Positions 59,301 through 64,000 of a stretch of 64,000 nucleotides of DNA are shown here, one piece after another. Below the pieces are notes generated by a model. The model made no database searches. It was not told the DNA's origin and was given only the letters and a program-made list of their open reading frames with translations. Location of the stretch: positions 96,001-160,000 of the forward strand of contig JANNVQ010000005.1 in the NCBI GenBank assembly GCA_031414535.1, in the 5' to 3' direction. The position numbers and the translations under genes are program-made. The DNA comes from Gemmatimonas sp. Its GTDB lineage: Bacteria > Gemmatimonadota > Gemmatimonadetes > Gemmatimonadales > Gemmatimonadaceae. Position 1 is the stretch's first letter. Each line of letters starts with the position of its first letter.

Positions 59301-59421
59301 GGAGCGCGAGCGACTCAACGGCCACGTGAGCGAAGTGCTCACCAAGGGTGAGTACTCACAGCTTGACCTCGTGCGCGATATTCGTCTACTGATGCGCCGT
59401 CGTGGCGCTGCGTCAACCTGA
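56317..59421 (+). CDS. Cytoplasmic hybrid histidine kinase (Lys-rich tail-GAF-GAF-PAS-HisKA-HATPase-REC-REC)
   Basis: [29 protein letters not shown] and GGTGLGL; two receivers (LDILMP, LDLIMP); no TM. Confidence 0.92.
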   Translation: MATKKRGTKRSTKRSTKPAVNTAKRRVKKPVAKKVAKKIAKKVAKKVAKKLAKKATKKATKRVAKTPISKAAKPRLRIDDATARRQSALLRLSSAIAAATSEQEICQNVVNGLRDEALGYNFLGVFLIEPVTGDRVLVASVGWTTAPKGFRLEKGHGITERAVLEKRLHYTAEVRGESAYEPTLNSGSEVDVPLVIDHEVIGVLAVESTEPNAFDASDFEILTAAANQASIAIARARLLVAQQQRADEHEAVLASMADLLTQRELPQTLKATLQRAVSLLGVTGGELAIYDSKTQELVVAASHHVGMETTGIRLKLGEGAMGLSAQSREPLIIPDYHAWIGKSGKYSDVPVRSVVAAPLLIDNRLVGAIAIVDANENRNFGADDLRLLNLFTPQAAIAIEGARLYEEAARQREFFRSLLNNSPVAIVQLDPDYNVASCNPAFELLFGYSEAEARGRNLDELITDNSTLGEAAQYSRDAVDRAVKGIGRRRRKDGSTVEVEILGVPVIADESRVALMGMYHDISELSEARRDAEGANRAKSQFLANMSHELRTPLNAIIGYSEMLQEEAQDAGLDSFVSDLAKIHTAGKHLLALINDVLDLSKIEAGKMDLVLETFDVASMLSEVTTTISPMVAKNHNMLNVMRDADLGIMHADLVKVRQMLLNLLSNACKFTENGKITVEVHRSAEQITFAVRDSGIGMTPEQMGRLFESFSQAESSTSRRYGGTGLGLALTRRFGEMMGGTVTVESQPGAGSTFTMRLPTRIEPARRVTTTLRAADIPELQGDGSAGTVLIIDDDEDARRLLRTVLVADGFHILEATDGPSGLAAAMEHSPDAITLDILMPGMDGWEVLQRIRANDTLADIPVIMLSVLHEQQMAFALGATEYVTKPIDRSQLKRILRRHRDDGSGATVLVVEDDPSVRETFRRGLEREGWVVVEAENGHVALEKMATVTPALILLDLIMPVMDGAAFVSALRQVEAWRQIPVVVVTAKDLTREERERLNGHVSEVLTKGEYSQLDLVRDIRLLMRRRGAAST
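56410..56505 (+). repeat. 12-bp coding tandem repeat encoding (A/T)KK(V/I/L/A)
   Basis: GCGAAGAAGGTC GCGAAAAAGATT GCGAAGAAGGTC GCGAAAAAGGTC GCGAAAAAACTC ... Confidence 0.85.
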
Positions 59422-59429
59422 GCCTAACA

Positions 59430-59801
59430 ATGCCCCGCATCCTGCTCGTTGAAGACAATGAAATGAACCGCGACATGCTCTCGCGCCGACTCGTGCGCCG
59501 CGGGCATGTCGTGGAGATCGCAGTGGACGGCCTCGAGGGCGTGAGTCGCGCCAACGAAGGCGGATGGGATCTCATCCTCATGGACATGAGTCTCCCCGAG
59601 ATTGACGGCTGGGAGGCCACACGCCGCATTCGCGCGGCCGAAACGAATCAGAAGGTGCCGATCATCGCGCTCACCGCACACGCCATGTCCGGCGATCGCG
59701 ATAAAGCTCTCGAAGCTGGCTGCGACGACTACGATACCAAGCCCGTAGACCTCGAGCGTCTGCTCGCCAAGATGGCCGCCCTGCTCGGCCCCAGCGCGTG
59801 A
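59430..59801 (+). CDS. Single-domain response regulator (DivK/CheY-like)
   Basis: ILLVEDN, ILMDMSLP, ALTAHAM and TKP. Confidence 0.92.
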   Translation: MPRILLVEDNEMNRDMLSRRLVRRGHVVEIAVDGLEGVSRANEGGWDLILMDMSLPEIDGWEATRRIRAAETNQKVPIIALTAHAMSGDRDKALEAGCDDYDTKPVDLERLLAKMAALLGPSA

Positions 59802-61747
59802 GCACTCCGCTCGACTCCGCAACGACCGCTGAACTGCGTCACGAGCTCCGCACGCCAGTCAATCACATCCTCGGCTATGCAGAACTGCTCGCCGAGGATG
59901 TCGAGCACGACACACCAGCGGCCGCTGAGCTCAGCGCAATCCGAGACGCCGCGCGCGAAGTGCTTGCCGCAATCAATGCAGCGCTTCCGCCGTCTGGCGC
60001 CTCTGATGATGAAGCATTGCTCGGCCTTCTCGCCACACTGCGCAGGCCGCAGAGCCGGATTCTCGCGCATACGGATTCGCTGGGCGCCAAGAGCAGCGAT
60101 GCGCAGTTCATCTCGGATGTTGCGAAGATTGCCCAGGCGGCTCGCCACCTCTGCGATCCGCCTACAGCCGCCGGTCACAAGAATAGAGTCACCGCGGAGA
60201 TGCCGAGCGTCACTACAGAGCAGCCCTCCGTTCGCAGCCCAACACCGCTTGCCGGCGTTGCGGAGGTGCCAGGAACGCTCGGCCGCATTCTTGTGGTGGA
60301 TGACGTAGAGGAAAACCGGAACGTGCTCTCTCGCCGCCTTGCTCGCGAAGGCTATGCCGTGGCGCAAGCTGGGGGTGGTCACGAGGCGCTGGCGCGAGTC
60401 GCCGAAGGTGCATTCGATCTCGTGCTGCTCGACGTGCGGATGCCCGATCTCGATGGCTTCACGGTGCTCCAACGTCTCAAAAGTGATCCCGCGACGCGTA
60501 ATCTTCCGGTGATCATGATCTCCGCGCTCGACGATTTAGCATCCGTGGTGCGGTGCATCGAGTACGGCGCCGAGGACTACCTCGCAAAGCCGTTTGACCA
60601 AGTGCTACTGCGGGCACGCATCAGCGCCTCGCTGGAGAAGAAGCGCTCCCACGATCGGGCGGCTGATTACCTGCGCCAAGTCACCCGCGTGATTGACGCG
60701 GCGGCGGCTGTGGAAAGTGGCAGCTACACTCCTGGTGAACTTGGGCCCATCAGCGCGCGCGACGATGAGCTCGGCCGATTGGCTCGTGTCTTTGACTCGA
60801 TGGCAGCCGGTGTGAAGGCGCGCGAGGCCAAGCTGCAAGACCAGCTCGTCCAGCTCCGCGCCGATGTGAGCATCGCCACCAGCGAGCACAAGACGATGCT
60901 GGCCGCTTCGGACGCGGACACCGACTCGCTCAAGCCCGGCAGCCTGCTGGCCGCCCGCTACGAGATTCGGAGCGTCATCGGCCGCGGCGGCATGGGCGTG
61001 GTGTACCGCGCGCACGACCTCGAGCTCAGCGAAGACGTGGCCATCAAGACCATTCGCCGCGACCTGCTCTCGTCAGATCCCGTCCTCGCCGAGCAGCTCA
61101 AGACGGAGATCCGGCTCGCACGGCGCATTTCGCATCGCCACGTGGTGCGCACGCACGACATCGGCGAGTCGGATGGCATCTCCTTCGTCACCATGGAGTG
61201 CGTCACCGGCATCACCCTGCGCGAACTACTCGAGACGCGCGGCACGCTCGGCAGTTCCAGCACGCTGGCCATCGCGCGGCAGTTCGCCGATGCCCTGAGC
61301 GTAGCGCATCAGGCCGGCGTGATTCACCGTGACGTGAAGCCGGAGAACGCCCTACTCGACAGCGAGGGCGTGCTCAAGGTGATGGACTTCGGCATTGCGC
61401 GCATCGCCGCAGCGTCCACGCGTACCCAGAGCGGAATGATTGTCGGTACGCCGACGTACATGGCACCGGAGCAGCTCATTGACGAAGCCGTGGACGCACG
61501 GGCGGATTTGTATTCGCTCGGCGTGGTGCTCTACGAATGCCTCACCGGTGCACCGCCCTTTGAGAGCAACAACATGGTGGCCCTCATCGCGAAGGTGCTC
61601 TCGACGGCGCCGGTGCCCATCGCCACGCGCGCTCCTGAGGTGGCGCCCGCACTCGGCGCGCTCGTGATGCGCCTCCTGGCCAAAGCACCCGATCAGCGTC
61701 CGACGAGCGCCGGCGAACTCGTGGAGCTGCTCGCCGAGTTGGGGTGA
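59798..61747 (+). CDS. HisKA-REC-HAMP-Ser/Thr protein kinase fusion
   Basis: LRHELRTP; ILVVDD...LLDVRMP; RDDELGRLARVFDSM; GRGGMGVVY, VAIK, HRDVKPEN, DFG and GTPTYMAPE. Confidence 0.88.
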   Translation: MSTPLDSATTAELRHELRTPVNHILGYAELLAEDVEHDTPAAAELSAIRDAAREVLAAINAALPPSGASDDEALLGLLATLRRPQSRILAHTDSLGAKSSDAQFISDVAKIAQAARHLCDPPTAAGHKNRVTAEMPSVTTEQPSVRSPTPLAGVAEVPGTLGRILVVDDVEENRNVLSRRLAREGYAVAQAGGGHEALARVAEGAFDLVLLDVRMPDLDGFTVLQRLKSDPATRNLPVIMISALDDLASVVRCIEYGAEDYLAKPFDQVLLRARISASLEKKRSHDRAADYLRQVTRVIDAAAAVESGSYTPGELGPISARDDELGRLARVFDSMAAGVKAREAKLQDQLVQLRADVSIATSEHKTMLAASDADTDSLKPGSLLAARYEIRSVIGRGGMGVVYRAHDLELSEDVAIKTIRRDLLSSDPVLAEQLKTEIRLARRISHRHVVRTHDIGESDGISFVTMECVTGITLRELLETRGTLGSSSTLAIARQFADALSVAHQAGVIHRDVKPENALLDSEGVLKVMDFGIARIAAASTRTQSGMIVGTPTYMAPEQLIDEAVDARADLYSLGVVLYECLTGAPPFESNNMVALIAKVLSTAPVPIATRAPEVAPALGALVMRLLAKAPDQRPTSAGELVELLAELG

Positions 61748-62337
61748 TGGCGATTCAACTCGCCCCCGTTACGCTCGAGCGTGGCCGCGTGCGCCTAGAG
61801 CCGCTGCTCACATCACACGCCGACGCGCTCCGCGAGGCCGTGCGCGACGGCGAGCTATGGAAGCTCTGGTTCACTACCGTGCCAGAGCCATCGGAAGTGG
61901 ATGCCTACATTGCCAAGGCCCACAGAGGCGAAGCCGATGGCACGATGCTTTGCTGGGCCGTGCGCGACTTGGACAGCGATACGGTCATGGGCTGCACGCG
62001 CTACCACGACGTGGTCGCGACGATTGGTCGCGTGGAGATTGGCTACACCTGGTACGCGGCACGCTTCCAACGCACGCACGTCAACAGCACGTGCAAGTTG
62101 CTCCTGATGCAGCACGCGTTTGAAACACTCGGCTGCGGCGTCGTCGGATGGCGTACCGATATGTTCAACACGCGCTCACAGGCCGCCATCGAACGCCTCG
62201 GCGCCAAGCGCGACGGCGTGCTCCGCCATCATCAGGCGCGCCGGGATGGATCAGCGCGCGACAGCGTGTTTTATAGCCTGCTCGCGGCGGAGTGGCCGGT
62301 CGCTAAAGCGCACCTCGAGCGGCGACTGGACGGATGA
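61747..62337 (+). CDS. GNAT N-acetyltransferase (RimJ/RimL-like)
   Basis: VRLEPL, VEIGYTW and NTRSQAAIERLGAKRDG. Confidence 0.88.
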   Translation: MAIQLAPVTLERGRVRLEPLLTSHADALREAVRDGELWKLWFTTVPEPSEVDAYIAKAHRGEADGTMLCWAVRDLDSDTVMGCTRYHDVVATIGRVEIGYTWYAARFQRTHVNSTCKLLLMQHAFETLGCGVVGWRTDMFNTRSQAAIERLGAKRDGVLRHHQARRDGSARDSVFYSLLAAEWPVAKAHLERRLDG

Positions 62338-62388
62338 CGGAAGACGGATGACAGAAGCGCAGTTCGCATCCGTCATCCGTCTTCCGTC
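62329..62388. repeat. Hairpin built from GACGGA(T/A) heptamers
   Basis: Four GACGGAW-like heptamers, GCG, loop CAGTT, CGC, three WTCCGTC; 24-bp stem with 2 mismatches; between convergent genes. Confidence 0.8.
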
Positions 62389-63582
62389 CTATTTGCGCCC
62401 CACCGCGCCTCGAGTATCATCTCCCCAGCAATACAGCCGCTGCGTCGGCGTGATCGCGCAGGCGTGCCCGCCGCCCACGGAGATTGTCGTGAACGGTCCG
62501 CCATCCACGAGTTGCGGCGTTCCCTCGCCAAAATCGCTGCGGCTGCCGATGCCAAGTCCGCCGTACCAGTTGCCGCCCCAGCAGTAGGCGCTGCCGTTGG
62601 CAATCAAGGCACACACCGCGACTTCACCGGCCGAGATCTGCGTTGCCACGAGGCCCCCCGCGACCGCAGATAGGGTGCCGCGATGCGACATCGTCGAGCC
62701 ATCGCCGAGTTGGCCAGCGGAGTTGGAGCCCGCGCAGTGTACTTGCCCGTCTGTACGCAGCGCGCAGGTGAAGCTGCCGCCGACAACGATGTCGCTGTAC
62801 GGCCCTGCTCCGATCGCCGCCGTCGGCGTCGTAACCGTCACGCCAAAGTTGTTGAACGGCACGTCACCGCTCGCGAGCTGGCCCCAACGATTGTCGCCCC
62901 AACAGTAGAGTGCGCCGGTGGTGGCAATGCCGCAGCGATGCGACCAGTGATAGTCGAGATGCGAAAACCGCAGTGTGCCACCAATCGCCACGGGCGCGGG
63001 ACGGTTGGTGTTACTGCCGTCTCCGAGATACCCCGAGAGATTCTCGCCCCAGCACCACGCCTGACCACTCGCCGTGAGCGCACAACCACCACCAAATACG
63101 GAACTGATGGATGTGAACACGGAATCCGCTGTGACGCGCACCGGCGCGGCGCTGCGAGCGAGCGTCCCGTTGCCGAGGTAGGTCGTACCGTCCGTTCCGT
63201 ATCCACCACCCCAGCACCACACGGCACCCGCCGCCGTGAGTCCGCAACTCATGTTGCCGCCTGCCGCGATCTGCACAAACTGATGCCCGCCCGACACCGC
63301 CGTCGGGGTGCGCACACAGCGGTCACCACCCGCACAGGCCGCATCCACGGTGCTGCCCGTCTGCAGGTACTGGTTGCCGCCCCAGCAGTACGCGGCTCCA
63401 GCCGTAGTCAGCGCACAGGTGTGGCTGAACCCCGCCTCGACATCGCTCCAGGTGCGGTTCCCCACCACCTCCACCGGCGAGAGCGCCGAGTTCTTGAGGA
63501 TGAGGGAGTCGGGGTCCTCAAAGAGGCTTGAGCAGCCCATCAGGAGCAGGGGCAGCAGGAGAAGGCAGCGGCGGTAGCTCAT
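62389..63582 (-). CDS. RCC1-repeat (beta-propeller) lipoprotein
   Basis: Lipobox LMGC; repeated HTCAL...AYCWG.N..GQLG units. Confidence 0.88.
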   Translation of the reverse strand: MSYRRCLLLLPLLLMGCSSLFEDPDSLILKNSALSPVEVVGNRTWSDVEAGFSHTCALTTAGAAYCWGGNQYLQTGSTVDAACAGGDRCVRTPTAVSGGHQFVQIAAGGNMSCGLTAAGAVWCWGGGYGTDGTTYLGNGTLARSAAPVRVTADSVFTSISSVFGGGCALTASGQAWCWGENLSGYLGDGSNTNRPAPVAIGGTLRFSHLDYHWSHRCGIATTGALYCWGDNRWGQLASGDVPFNNFGVTVTTPTAAIGAGPYSDIVVGGSFTCALRTDGQVHCAGSNSAGQLGDGSTMSHRGTLSAVAGGLVATQISAGEVAVCALIANGSAYCWGGNWYGGLGIGSRSDFGEGTPQLVDGGPFTTISVGGGHACAITPTQRLYCWGDDTRGAVGRK

Positions 63583-63651
63583 ACCATAAGAAGGTGAGTG
63601 GGTAGGTCAGGGACAATCGCCCTCTGGACGGAGGCCTAGGGCGCGCGCCTC

Positions 63652-63672
63652 TCCCGTCTTCCGTCATCCGTC
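63652..63672. repeat. Second set of three CCGTC heptamers
   Basis: TCCCGTC TTCCGTC ATCCGTC, the same unit as at 62368-62388. Confidence 0.6.
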
Positions 63673-63684
63673 CCCCTTGCAGAA

Positions 63685-63735
63685 TTCGGTGTTTATTCGG
63701 TAATTATATCTCCCTGTACTTCGGCTTTTGTTCGG
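63685..63735 (+). promoter_or_regulatory. Two direct-repeat boxes, candidate SOS/LexA operators
   Basis: TTCGG-N6-TTCGG at 63685-63700 and 63720-63735, in AT-rich DNA upstream of the imuA-like gene. Confidence 0.55.
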
Positions 63736-63744
63736 TATCTAAAT

Positions 63745-64000
63745 ATGCCCGCCGCTCTCCAAGTCCTGCGCGAACAGCTCGCCGCCGTTGTGGCGGGGAC
63801 ACCTAGTGCTAACCCAGGGCTCCCGACCGGAATGCGGGGGCTGGATTCCGCCCTCCCGGGAGGCGGGCTCCCCCGCGGACGCATCACCGAACTGCTCGCC
63901 CCGGCTGGGCTTGGGAAAACCACCCTCGCCCGCGCCATCGCCAGTACCACCCTCCAGGCCGGCCACGCCGTGGCTTGGGTAGATGCCACCCGCACGCTCG
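63745..64000 (+). CDS. ImuA/RecA-like P-loop protein, truncated by the window end (absent from the ORF track)
   Basis: MPAALQVLREQL...LPTGMRGLDSALPGGGLPRGRITELLAPAGLGKTTLA...VAWVDATRTL. Confidence 0.8.
   Translation, partial: MPAALQVLREQLAAVVAGTPSANPGLPTGMRGLDSALPGGGLPRGRITELLAPAGLGKTTLARAIASTTLQAGHAVAWVDATRTL

Noticed and set aside
58065..59345. 426-aa minus-strand ORF
   Set aside because: Antisense shadow of the hybrid histidine kinase

Overview
High-GC bacterial chromosome segment. Gene content and protein style suggest Gemmatimonadota, but this is an inference. It holds about 63 densely packed complete CDS plus a partial imuA-like gene at the right edge; I found no rRNA, tRNA, CRISPR array, integrase or transposase. 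Recognisable modules: an MntR/DtxR repressor facing a TonB-dependent receptor across twin operators; a vapBC toxin-antitoxin pair; a coupled Eco57I-like N6-adenine methyltransferase plus SF2/SNF2 helicase with no visible nuclease; an ECF sigma, anti-sigma and three DUF4097 proteins; a lipoprotein-metalloprotease-lipoprotein trio; arginase plus a TIGR00300/LOR-SDH-type ornithine cyclodeaminase; a Tat-exported IorAB-type molybdoenzyme with XdhC and MocA; an aerobic 2-aminobenzoyl-CoA (abm-like) catabolic cluster running into a FabH paralogue; and a cytoplasmic signalling operon (hybrid His kinase with a histone-H1-like tail, a single-domain REC, and a HisKA-REC-HAMP-Ser/Thr kinase fusion). Best candidates for undescribed biology are the nuclease-less MTase/helicase pair, the His-to-Ser/Thr kinase relay and a possible dockerin/cohesin-like protease anchor. 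All calls come from reading motifs by eye; no database search was run.
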